A stretch of DNA of 63,556 nucleotides, the filler included, from Licmophora abbreviata (taxonomy: Eukaryota), in assembly GCA_900291995.1 (NCBI GenBank). It is 16 parts of 16 records of this genome, joined end to end, with 100 filler letters (N's around TTAATTAATTAA, not from the genome) between each part and the next. Parts side by side here need not be neighbours in the genome. Positions count along the whole stretch, not along the records: positions 10,643 to 24,297 come from OLMU01002675.1; positions 24,398 to 27,919 come from OLMU01002676.1; positions 28,020 to 29,945 come from OLMU01002677.1; positions 30,046 to 37,130 come from OLMU01002678.1; 12 more parts are not named here. One strand, written 5' to 3'. Made by a program: the position numbers and the translations under genes. Shown in pieces: positions 21,031 through 32,482 of the stretch. The first letter of the stretch is position 1; every line of letters begins with the position of its first letter. Under the pieces are notes generated by a model that saw nothing but the letters and a program-made list of their open reading frames with translations, did no database searches and was not told the DNA's origin.

Positions 21031-24000
21031 ATGCCAAAGAAGTCCAAGAAGAAGGGAGGAACCCCAAAGAGGAGGAGGAGGATGATTGGGAGGCACTCTT
21101 AGAAGCGGAAGCTGCTAAGAATCAAACAGCATCGAAACCAAAAGAGGACCCCAAGCAAGAGGAAGCTATACCCAAGGTTGATGCGGCTGCCGAGACACCG
21201 ACGACTCCCGCGGCTCCTGCTCAAGATGCGGCAGCAGCGTTCCTTGCAGCCCAGGGAATCGATGTCGGTGGTGAAGGAGGAGAGAAGAAAGATACAAAAA
21301 AGAAGAAAAAGAAAAAGAAAGGAGGTGGAGGCGGTGGTGAAGCCAAGAAGGACGAAAAGGTGAGATAGAGTCGATTTTGAAGGAATGTGGTTATGAGTCA
21401 CGATTTGAAACGGGTTTCCCGCCATTTTTGTGAGGAGTGAGATGATGGGCACTGTACACTAACTCTTGTTGGTTCCTTAGGTCTCGGCTGCAGGACGACT
21501 TGTTGCTGAACGCCTCCGTTTGCAGCGTGAGGAAGAGGAGCGTATCCGGGCCGAAGAAGAAGCCGAAGCGGCGAGGATTGCAGAGATTCAGGCTGCCGAA
21601 GAGGCGGAAGAGCGTCGGAAAGCAGAAGAAAGAGAGCGCAAGCGTCAGAAGCAGCGAGAAAAGGTGGAACGTCAAAAGCGTGAGGGAACGTACATGACCA
21701 AGGCACAAAAGGCCAAGGCTCGTCAAGCTGAAGCACGATTGGAGGCAATGAAGGCCGCGGGTATGCTGCCAATGGCGGAGGCCAAGAAGAAAGTGGTCTA
21801 TGACAACAAAAAGAAAAAGAAAGACAAAGAGCAATCGGAAAGTCCTGTCCAAACAGAGGAACCCGCGGAGGAACAGCCCAGCAAAGGAGAAGTTAAGCCC
21901 GCACCAGAACCCGAGAAGGCGCCCGAGCAAGCAGAGGAAAGCGGAGACGACTGGGACGACGGAGCTTCATCAGGTGCCGAATGGGATGCGGACTCAGACG
22001 AGGGCGATAGGTTTGATGATCTCGCCGATAGACTCAAGAAAGTCGAGGTCAGCATCGACGATGATGAAGATCTTATAGCCCTGGAAAAGAAGAAAGAACA
22101 GGAGAGACTGCGAAAACTGGGACTGGAACGCGCCGAACGGGACAGAATTGAAGCGGAAAATCTTGCCCAGCTGCAGGCTCAACAAGAGGAAGTCAGTCGA
22201 CAAGAACAACTTGCTGCTCACAAACGAGAGGAAGGGCGAAGAAAACGAATGGAACAAGAGAAAGCGAACTTGGCAGCGCGAACGCGGGATGATTTACGCT
22301 GTCCTGTTGTTGTCATTATGGGTCACGTCGACACCGGCAAAACGAAGCTCCTTGACAAGATCAGGAAGACAAACGTGCAAGAGGGCGAAGCTGGTGGTAT
22401 TACCCAGCAGATCGGCGCAACGTACTTTGAAAAAAAGACCCTTGAAACTCAGACGAAGCGACTGAACGAAACTGAGAAATTTAACCTGTCGGTTCCCGGT
22501 ATGCTAATCATTGACACGCCGGGGCACGAGTCATTCACAAACCTGCGCTCGAGAGGTTCATCACTCTGTGACGTTGCGATTCTTGTCATAGATCTGATGC
22601 ATGGTCTGGAACAGCAGACGATTGAGAGTTTGGATATGCTACGTCGACGTGGTACGCCTTTCGTTGTAGCATTGAATAAAGTCGATCGGTGCTACGCGTG
22701 GAAGACTTGCAAAGACACTCCGATCCGAGAGGCTCTGAAGGACCAGCCCGACGGCACTATCTCTGAATTCCGCAGTCGTACCACAGAAGCGAAGGTTCAA
22801 CTCCAGGAACTGGGCGTCAACTCGAATCTATACTGGGAAATGGGCGACGACGATTGGGAGAACTCTGATTTCATTCCTCTCGTTCCTACATCTGCGATTA
22901 CTGGCGAAGGTGTGCAGGATGTTCTCCTACTATTATGTCAGATTTCTCAGCGGAAGCTCTGGAAGCAGTTGATGTGGTGCGCGAATCTCCAGTGTACAGT
23001 TCTTGAAGTGAAGGCTATCGACGGCCTCGGCATGACTGTCGATGCGCTCGTAGTTAATGGCTACGTGCGAGAGGGCGACAAGGCTGTCTTTTGTACTCTC
23101 GACGGACCAATCGTCACAGAGATTCGCGGACTGCTGACGCCCCCACCAAGTCGTGAGATGCGAATCAAGTCGGAGTATATTCACCACAAAGAAATCAAAG
23201 GGGCTCTTGGTGTAAAGATTATTGGCAATGGGCTTGAAAAGGTCATGGCAGGAACTCCAGTCATGGTACGTCGTGCTTCATTGATGCGTTGCCTGCTTCT
23301 CTGAGAAACGTCACAACACTTACCCCGTCGTTCTTGCTCTCGGTAGATTGTGGGCCCAGACGACGAAGAGGAAGACATCAAGGCCGAAGTCATGTCTGAT
23401 TTGACAAGCTTACAAGACAAACTCAGCACTGACAAGAAGGGTGTCATGGTGCAAGCCTCGACTCTTGGTGCACTGGAAGCTCTCTTGCAATTTTTGCGCG
23501 AGGAGACGCAACCGCCGATTCCTGTGAGTGCCATTGGCATTGGAACTGTTCACAAACGCGATGTGACAAGAATTTCCATCATGAACGAGAAGGGCTCCCC
23601 CGAGTATGCCACGATCCTGGCATTCGATGTCGATGTGGAGAGGGAGGCCCGCGACCACGCGAACGACATGTCCGTACGAATCTTTACAGCCGACATTATC
23701 TACCATTTATTCGATCAGTTTACCCGATTCATGGAAGAGCTAACGGCTCGGAGACAAGAGGAAGCTGCAGCGTACGTGATCCGACGATTGAATTGCAGTG
23801 TGACGATTTGCCTCATTGCGTGTAGCTTACCCGGCGTCGTGTTTCTTTTTCTCCAAAGTATCGCTGTTTTCCCTTCCATCATAAAGATTCTCCCCCAGCA
23901 TGTGTTTAACCAGAAGGATCCCATCATTGTAGGAGTCGAGATACTGGATGGCATTCTAAAGGTCGGCACGCCTCTTTGCGTCCCTGCGCTGGGCGGCCTG

Positions 24001-24261
24001 CACGTTGGCAAGATCACTTCCATTGAGAGCAACGGCAAAGAACAAGAGACAGCCCGCAAGGGTGCATCGGTCGCTGTCAAGATCGTCAACGAGAGCAACC
24101 CCAATATTACGTACGGTCGTCAGTTTGATGCGTCGCACAGCCTATATTCAACCCTGACGCGCGAGTCGATTGACGCTCTCAAAGCGAACTTCAAAGACAA
24201 GCTGGAGAATGAGGATTGGCGACTAGTGATCAAGCTGAAGAAGGTTTACAATATCCTCTAG
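21031..24261 (+). CDS. eIF5B: Eukaryotic translation initiation factor 5B; introns 21360..21480, ~23266..23346, 23772..23858; apparent frameshift at ~21067
   Basis: Charged N-terminus, LRCPVVVIMGHVDTGKTKLLD, GEAGGITQQIGAT, IIDTPGHESFTNLRSRGS, NKVD, VQASTLGALEALL and IFTADIIYHLFD. Confidence 0.96.
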
Positions 24262-24624
24262 AACTTATTCGCTTGTTGTCCTCTAGATGTGCTGTCTNNN
24301 NNNNNNNNNNNNNNNNNNNNNNNNNNNNNNNNNNNNNNNNNTTAATTAATTAANNNNNNNNNNNNNNNNNNNNNNNNNNNNNNNNNNNNNNNNNNNNCCG
24401 AGTCTGTCATTCGTCCGCTACTGGAGAATACATACTAAATTTACGTACGTGCAGTCTACCTGTTGCAGTACGTCATTCTGCGCGGGAAATTTGCCGCCAC
24501 AGATTGGAGAATTTGAACCAAAAAGACATCACCCTTTCGAACAACACAAAGTGTCACATGCAGATGTCCGTTGTGCTGCACGTGTCTTAGATTGTGTGCC
24601 ACAACACTCCAGCTAGTCTTGAAT

Positions 24625-26841
24625 ATGCGTCAGGAAAGCGTTTGGTTGCTTCTCGTAGCACTGGAGGTGCTCAAACTATCCGGGTCGGAAGCGTTCGTGC
24701 CGACCCCGCAGACGAAATTCCATCAAAGATCCATCATCATCCATCGCCGAATGGTGGGCGGCGCGTCGGACTGGGACAATGACGACTTCTTGGACAAGCT
24801 TTCCAGAGGGCCTGGGGAGCAGCCCGGATTTGAAGCTCCCAAGTTCGCACCTCCCGAGGAAGAAGAAATGTTCCAAGGAGGATCGAAGTTCCAGCAGGTC
24901 TTGCAAGCAGGACAACAGGCAGCCGCGGCGCGCACCCAGCCTCTTACATACAATCCATCCATGGATCCAGATATCGCTGCCATGAACAACCCTCCTCCCC
25001 CGCAGTCCCCTGCCGCTGCTAACATCCAGAACATGTCCATCGAAGATCAGGCTCGAATCTTTCGTGAAATGATGCAACAACAACAGCAACAGCCTATGAT
25101 AACGCAGCCGCAGCAGCAAGCTCCGCCTCGTCGAAAGGACGATCGCCCTGTGGGCCGCAATCGTGACGCCGATGCTATTGCCAATACGGCAGATCTCTAC
25201 TTTGCTCAGCTGAAACGCGACTCCACGGTCCGTACCATTGCTCGTCAACAAGGTGACGTCAATAAGGCCAATGAGGTGTTCAAGGACGACGGCGTTCATA
25301 GACTGAAGGAGGTGCTGGCAGAGAACCCGCATCTCAAGGGGTAAGTTGACAGAACTAGATGTTATACTGCCGTGTATCTAAAGTTTGAAAGGTCGTCTCA
25401 TTGTATTGGTGCTCTTGGTTGTGTGCGGGGTAGTGACGAGAATAGGAGTTTCTTGGAGACATCGACTGACGAGATGATTGCCGTTATGAAAATGTCGACG
25501 GGCAATGAGGAAGATCGTGCTAGTAACCGAGGTATGAGTTACAAAGACAAGTTGAAGCAGCGACAACAGCAAAAGATGGGTGGTGCGAGTGCGTCGGCTG
25601 GGAGTTCTGTGTCACCACAGATGGCTGCATCTCCTAAAATAGAGATACCGCCTCCAGCACCGTATCAGACCGCGACGACGATGCAGACGCAGCCAGGAAT
25701 GACTTCTCAGGTTTCAGCACCACCGAGTACGCAGCTGCCGATCGCACAGACACCACCGGTTGCTCAGGTAACTGCGCCACAGGTTCCGCAGACTCCTCCG
25801 GCGCAAACGTTCTCTACACCTGCGACTCCTGCACCACAGCCGCTTACATCCACAGCCGGGGCCTCATCGGACAGTGAAGAAACCAAGCATGCGATTCGAA
25901 CCTTGATGGGGCTGATTCTGAAACACCGTGGTGGGCCTGGATTCGGCCATGGACGTCTCTCAGAAACTGAAGCGAAACTCTTCGAAGACAAACTGCTTGA
26001 AGTGACGGAGCTGCTACGAGCGGAGGCAATCGAACATCAGGCAACCGGAGGAGTTTCTGTCCCCTTATCGGTCTCGACGCCGTCCGCACCCTCGGTGCAA
26101 TCTGCGCAGACCACCCCATCGAGCGTGACTGGAGCAAATGCAGGGCCAGCGGATCAGCGAGTCTCGAGTATGATTGCTTGCGTCGAAGGAGCTGTCAAAA
26201 TGTACAAGAATTCCCCATCTGAGCAGCGAGAGGGGGCGATGGTGACGCTTCGAAGTGCATTAATGTCGGCTGTCGATACTTGCAATCAGCTCATTGCGGA
26301 AAGCGAGGTACAAAACGTTCAAACCTTCCAGTCTACCACTCCACCCCCCATGGGAGAGAAGTCGGCGCAGGCCAACCAGTTCTTCGAGGTGAAACCTTTC
26401 GATTTCAAAGGGCAAGAAGAAGAGAGAGTTGAGATCCAGGAAATACCTCGTCCATTCGAAGTACAGCCACAGTATACTAATTCTGGGACTGACGAGAACT
26501 CAGTCTTCTTACAGGGAGTGCATGATTCCCTAGAAGAGGCGTCTGGGGACGAGAAGTTTGGCTTGTCCAAGATGAGTCCGGGACAGGTACGTTGAATCCA
26601 ATACGCACTATTTTGTGTGGACCGAATTGTCCACAACTTTACTGAACATCGCGCCCTCGCTCGTCAATAGGCTGATTCGCTGGCGGACAATCTTCACGAA
26701 ATGAAGGGAATCTTGATTGAAGAGCTCGATTCCGGAATCCCGCAACCACGCCAATCAGCGGCATCGCCGGCACCCGAGGTCAGACGTTCTGGTTCGAATT
26801 ACATGCAGATGCTGGAAAAGACGAGAGCCCAGAGTCGTTGA
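24625..26841 (+). CDS. Uncharacterised plastid-targeted Pro/Gln/Ser-rich protein; 3 exons
   Basis: Signal ending SEA-FVP. Ordered blocks GRNRDADAIANTADLYFAQLKRDS and LMGLILKHRGGPGFGHGRL between low-complexity linkers. Introns ~25341..25433 and 26587..26670. Last exon ADSLADNLHEMKGILIEELDSG... Confidence 0.75.
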
Positions 26842-26941
26842 GACTAAATCTTATTGTGCAAAAAGGGCTACTACTTCTTCTAGTTTTGGGTTTTTGTATG
26901 ACTGGTGCATTATGTCTTTCCCCCGGACTGGCGCTTCGAGT

Positions 26942-28452
26942 TCATTTCGTCATCCACAGCATGTAGGGCAAAAAGTCAAACTGCATATCGTCGACACCCT
27001 TCACAGTCGTCCGAAAGTCGTCCAACAAGGCCACGACTCCCGGAAACGTGAACTCCCCGTCCACGCCCAAATCAAAGAGCGGCTTTCCCAAGAGTACCTT
27101 CCATGTCTTGGCCAACTCTTGTAGCAGAAAACACGCTCCGTCGTCGTTCCCGCCACAATCGTCGTCGTCTTGTTGAAACAGCCATGCATTGTTCTTGTGA
27201 ATCGTCAAGGTGAATGCCAAAAGCAAGTCAAACTGGATGCTTGCATGGTTGTCGTTGTCATCATGCTGACGGTAGGCCGGCTGCACGCTGTTTTTCCAAA
27301 CCGCCATGACACGCTTGCAAAAGTGGTTCGATGCCCAAAGATAATGCGTGTCATCGATCGTAGGGTCTTCTATGGTGACTGGAGCGAGCTGACGTTCCAT
27401 ACTCTGAACATACCATTCCCGATGCGTTGTAAGAAGAATGATGCGCATGGCGTTGACTTGATACTGAGAGCACGTGTGATGATCCGGAGGAACTTGTTGG
27501 TGGTGGTGGTGGTCGACGACACTGCTCCTCGATGCGCAGTAGTTGTAGTCCAGTCCGACACCACGAATGATGCGGTAGGCAACAGCATTTTCACGATGAC
27601 ACACGTGAAATAGAAACTCCATGGTGGTGGCGTAAGGAGACTGGATGGAAGTCTCCGCAGTCGCAGCCTTGGACCTCTTGGTGGGAGGAGACGGAACAAG
27701 CGCCAGAGGATCTGGGTGCGCGGTACTCCCTGAAATGGCCTCCGAAGTAGTGTCAGGTGTGACTTGACGACGAGCCGTCTTTGTAGTGACAATGCTTGGA
27801 TTTGGACTGGTGAGTAGTGCAGACACATCGTTCGTATCCTCCGACTGGGGAATCTTGACGAAGGTCTCGATATCTTGCGTGAGATAGTAGACCTTGACAT
27901 TGTTACTACTGGTCGTACTNNNNNNNNNNNNNNNNNNNNNNNNNNNNNNNNNNNNNNNNNNNNTTAATTAATTAANNNNNNNNNNNNNNNNNNNNNNNNN
28001 NNNNNNNNNNNNNNNNNNNGCGTGAGATAGTAGACCTTGACATTGTTACTACTGGTCGTACTACGAGTAGCAGTAGTACGAGTAGTAGTAGAAGTAGTAC
28101 TCGTGGTGACAACGGATGACTTGGGAGAACAGTTCATGGCATGCATGACACGCGGTTCCAGTCCAAACCGGTTTTTGACTTGCGAGACGGAGAGAATCTC
28201 CAAGTCGGGACGCCTGACCTGTGGCAGAATGGCTGCCGTCATGCCGCAAAAGACGTGGATCGTCAAGGGTGTCGGACGAGCCTTTGTCGCGGCGAAATGA
28301 CACAGTTTCCTCGACTCGGTCTCTTCCTTGTCGCAGAAGAAGCATTTCGGTGACTCGCGGGGAGCACTGCTGGGCGTCGGCGACGACATCATGAGGAGAA
28401 TGATCACTCTGCACAGGTCGTCGTCGTCGTCGTCGTCGTCGTTGCTCGACAC
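26942..28452 (-). CDS. Hypothetical protein with N-terminal C-x2-C...H-x2-C zinc knuckle; spans gap 27920..28019
   Basis: ORF 27964..28452 (KCFFC...IHVFCG) joins ORF 26942..27826 in frame once the ~43-nt duplicated gap flank is merged (NNVKVYYLT-QDIETFVK). Confidence 0.65.
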
Positions 28453-28770
28453 GATGTGGTCGCGTCAAACAGAAGTGTGACCCAAAAAGGTTGATGGCGC
28501 GCTCAAAATTCTGGCGCGCTTACTGGACTAGATCGACTAAACTATGGGAATCCGGAGTTTTGATGGAAGACGCTCTTGTGGCCACAAAAAAGGGCGCGCC
28601 CAAAGTAAAAATAGAGTTGGATTCGTCAAAACTCAAAATAGTAACCGAAACACAAAACACGAACTCCATGAGATCTATGTCATCGGCTTGAGTGTGTCTA
28701 TGCCACGGAAGCCCTTGCATTGCATGTGAACAACAAGGGATCCCAAAGAAAGTCCTTCCTAACTTTCGTC

Positions 28771-31700
28771 ATGACGCAGAAACGACGTTTCTTCCATTAC
28801 TTTGCACTGATTCGGCTCCTTCTCCTGGTCGGCGTCATGATTCCACCATCACTCCGTCATGTCGTGGGCTTTGTTCCTTCTTCCTTGCTACACCGACGAT
28901 CATCGACATGGTGCGCTACTCGATGGCTCCGAGTGGTGTCTCGTTGTCGTCCCTGGGTGATGCCACCAACTGGAATAGTATTGCACGACTCTCGTCAAGA
29001 CGCTACTGCTGCTAGTAAGACGGCGACGAATGGGACGATGATTCCTTCCACACAACAATTGGTCGAACGACGTTTGCAGGTACAACGCGCCAAGACGGAG
29101 GCGCGAGAACGATCGATACAACAACAGTACGAGCGGAATATACAGATAAAGAGACTTTTGCACACCAGCAATGCTGCTACGGATGATTCTGATGGCGCTT
29201 CGTCGTCGTATTCGGTACCACCGCTCTATGCGGTCAAGGTATCTGTATGCGAGGACTTACGGCGAGAATTGTCCCTCAATGGGCGTGAAAAGAGGGGAAG
29301 AGTTTTTATTCCAGTCGACACGGCGGGTTGTATGACACTCAAGGGGCTGAAACAAGAGTTGCATTCCTTTTTTCGATGTCTGAAACGAAGCAGCTATCTG
29401 CTGCAAGCCAGTCTGCCTACTGGTGAGTACTGAAAGCACTTTTCAAGGCTTTTGTGACGGAAGCAACTTACTGGTGTACTACTCATACTGACAATACTCA
29501 CGCGCTCGTTTCAATTTTTGGGGCAGTTACTTCTGATGGATCGATTGTTTCATTTTCAGAAGACGAGAATAGAACCTTGTGGAAAATAGAGTCAGACGAG
29601 GACGTCGTAGGAATATTCGCCGCAGCAGACGGCTTATTCCAAAGCGTCAGAGACCAGAGCAACGATGAGTCGCCATCACTGAAACGACCCTCTTTATTGG
29701 TGCATGTCGTCAAAGATCCAGACGCACCACCTCCACCCCCGCCTCCAGCCTATCTCGAAAAGATGCCGGATCCAGCTCAGTCGCCATCCATGACCATGTT
29801 GTCCTTTTACGCGTTTCCGCCAGAGGGGATTATTGACCCGGACGAGTTTGCCGTGATGCTCAAGAAGGTCTGGCAACCATTCCACGCTTTGGGACGAGTC
29901 TACGTGGCAGCGGAGGGTGTAAATGCGCAAATGAGTATTCCCACGNNNNNNNNNNNNNNNNNNNNNNNNNNNNNNNNNNNNNNNNNNNNTTAATTAATTA
30001 ANNNNNNNNNNNNNNNNNNNNNNNNNNNNNNNNNNNNNNNNNNNNGTTTCCGCCAGAGGGGATTATTGACCCGGACGAGTTTGCCGTGATGCTCAAGAAA
30101 GTCTGGCAACCATTCCACGCTTTGGGACGAGTCTACGTGGCAGCGGAGGGTGTAAATGCGCAAATGAGTATTCCCACGAATGTACTACCGAATTTTATGA
30201 AGTGTTGTACGGCCATTCCAGAGCTGGGAGAGTATATGGAGAATGGTATTAATGTTGATCCGAAACCCTTGAGTATGGAAGAATTTGCGGTTGCCGGGGT
30301 GCCGGTGAATGGAAAGGTGAGGTTTGAGTTTGCTTGAAGTCCATATCGTATTCTCATGTTTGTCCTGGAGACTAAATGGCCATCTACCTTTTCAGTCGGT
30401 ACCGCCGTTTCGAAACCTTCACATGCGCGTACGGGGACAGGTTGTGGCGGATGGACTAGATAAGGCACTCAACTGGCAGCAATCGGGGTACGATACGCCA
30501 CCGCTGGAGTGGCACAAAAAGCTGAAGGAGGCCAAGGAGAAGCGAGAGGAAGAGTCGGAAACTAAAGATGACCTCCCTGTCATTCTGGATTGCCGAAACA
30601 CGTACGAGACTGACGTCGGTCGGTTTGATGGGGCCGAGCCGCTCGATACGGAGAATTTTCGTGATAGTTGGGGCGTTCTAAAGGAGCGACTGGCCGATAC
30701 ACCCAAGGATGCTCCCATCATGACCTACTGTACTGGAGGTGCGTGTTGTTTGCGACTCAACAGGTGCAGGTTTGTCTGCGGTACTTACATGGCCGTGGCG
30801 ACTCACTATCGCTCCTGTTTCTGCTTGCAGGCATTCGATGCGTCAAAGTCGGGGCGTATCTTACACAGGAAATGGGGTTCACAAATGTTTCTCGGCTGGC
30901 CGGCGGGATAATTGCGTATGACCGAACGCTGAACGAAAAGGCTGCCGGTGAGGAACCCATGTTCAAGGGTACCAATTTTGTCTTTGATGGTCGCCTGGGT
31001 CGCGAAATCACGGACGATTCGTTGGGAATATGCTTCACTTGTGGCACGGAAACATCCATGGTGGGCAATTGTCGGAATGACAACTGTCACAAAAGAATAA
31101 TACAGTGCGAGAAATGTCGAACGTCATTTCACGGGACGTGCTCTGACGCATGCAAGCAGCGTGTCGGCAATAGCGCAATGCGTCCTCAAAGAGCTTTGAT
31201 AGACCTGGAATCGGCACCGGTGGATGTGGACTTTGAAGAGCAGACGTTCGCAACTCTTGAAGACTACAGCGTTGGACATTCGTCCCCGCTCCCTTCGCTA
31301 TACCACGAAGTGGAATTGAATACGAGACACTTCTTGCCATCTGGATCGCACATGGTATCAGGGGCGTCTCAAGGGAAACTATTAAATCAATTTGCTTCAT
31401 TGTCAAGGGAAGGGCGCATTTTGGAGTTTGGGACTTTCACAGGCTACGCTACGGCTTGCTTTTTGGAAGGCGCTTCGAACGCCGCTGACGCCATGGGCTA
31501 CACTGGTAGCGGAGGTACACGTGACGGCGGACCGTTCGTAATGTCGATGGAACGCGACGACAGAGCACGGAATATTGCGACTGCACACCTACGCGGGATG
31601 TGCGAGCATGGAACTGGGGAAGCTGCCGCCGAAGCTATCTGCGCTATGCGTGGTCAGAATGGAGAAGGTACGTATATTGTCGCTGGAAGTACTTGGTAGG

Positions 31701-32217
31701 CCTGTCTTTGCTCAACATTCTGTCTTCGTTTCTCGCAGTACCTGAAATTAAAGAGGACATAGTGTCGCTGTCGTTTGGCGGAGTTGCTGGGTGCGAGCTT
31801 GTGCGTGTGACTGATGCACTGGCCACGTTGGAGGAAATGGCACAAGGAAAAGGGAGTTTGAATCCAGCACCTTTTGACCTGGTATTTGTTGACGCGGACA
31901 AGACTCGTTTGTTAGAGTACGCGGAAGCCTGCCTGAGTAGCGACCGAGTTCTGAAGAAAGGTGGTCTAATTGTGGTGGACAATGTCTTATGGAAAGGACT
32001 GGTGCTGGAGGCTTGCTCTGGTCAATTTTCATCGCACCGAGAGGATGACGACTCTATAGTAGGCGACAACGATGGATCTGGTTCGAGGAAGAGTCGTCGA
32101 GCACGCAAGCTGGCAGCCAAGATGCATTATTTCAACAAAGAGATAGTCAAAAACGATCGCGCAGAGGTTGTTCTTCTCCCTGTACGTGATGGTCTTAGTG
32201 TTATCCGGAAGAGATAG
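28771..32217 (+). CDS. trhO: Fusion protein: plastid-type targeting peptide, unknown N-domain, TrhO (UPF0176 rhodanese-type tRNA U34 hydroxylase) and Methyltransf_3 O-methyltransferase
   Basis: Exons ~28771..29422, 29527..(gap)..30316, 30396..30738, 30831..31668, 31739..32217. TrhO motifs: LSFYAF, GRVYVAAEGVNAQMS, ILDCRNTYETDVGRFDGA, YCTGGIRCVK, LAGGIIAY, FKGTNFVFDGR and a Cys-rich tail. OMT motifs: MVSGASQGKLL, ILEFGTFTGY, FDLVFVDADK, GGLIVVDNVLWKG, LPVRDGL. Confidence 0.9.
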
Positions 32218-32482
32218 CAAATGGAAGTATGCAGCTACCTATGTACTTAATCGAATTTCATCATCGTGTTCGATTTTCTACGTAGTTTTCAGTACCATAT
32301 CTACGGACTTCTTCAATAGCAGGATGCAAGTTTTGGAATCCGGGTGCTCTCGCGATTCGATTCTTGGCGCGAAGAAAAAAGTCAGCGATGCGTGAACCAC
32401 ACAAAAGTTCTTTGCCCCAACACTAGCGTCAATTTTACCATGACACTGCTTTGGCAGAACGAAGTTGAGACTGAAACGGATA

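Noticed and set aside
28041..28101. (AGT/ACT)n and nearby (GTC)n microsatellites as regulatory repeats
   Set aside because: The first encodes a Thr/Ser linker, and the second is a short tract at the gene's 5' end. Both are ordinary.
30086..30337. Second copy of the TrhO N-terminal segment as a gene duplication
   Set aside because: It is the overlapping flank of the scaffold gap.
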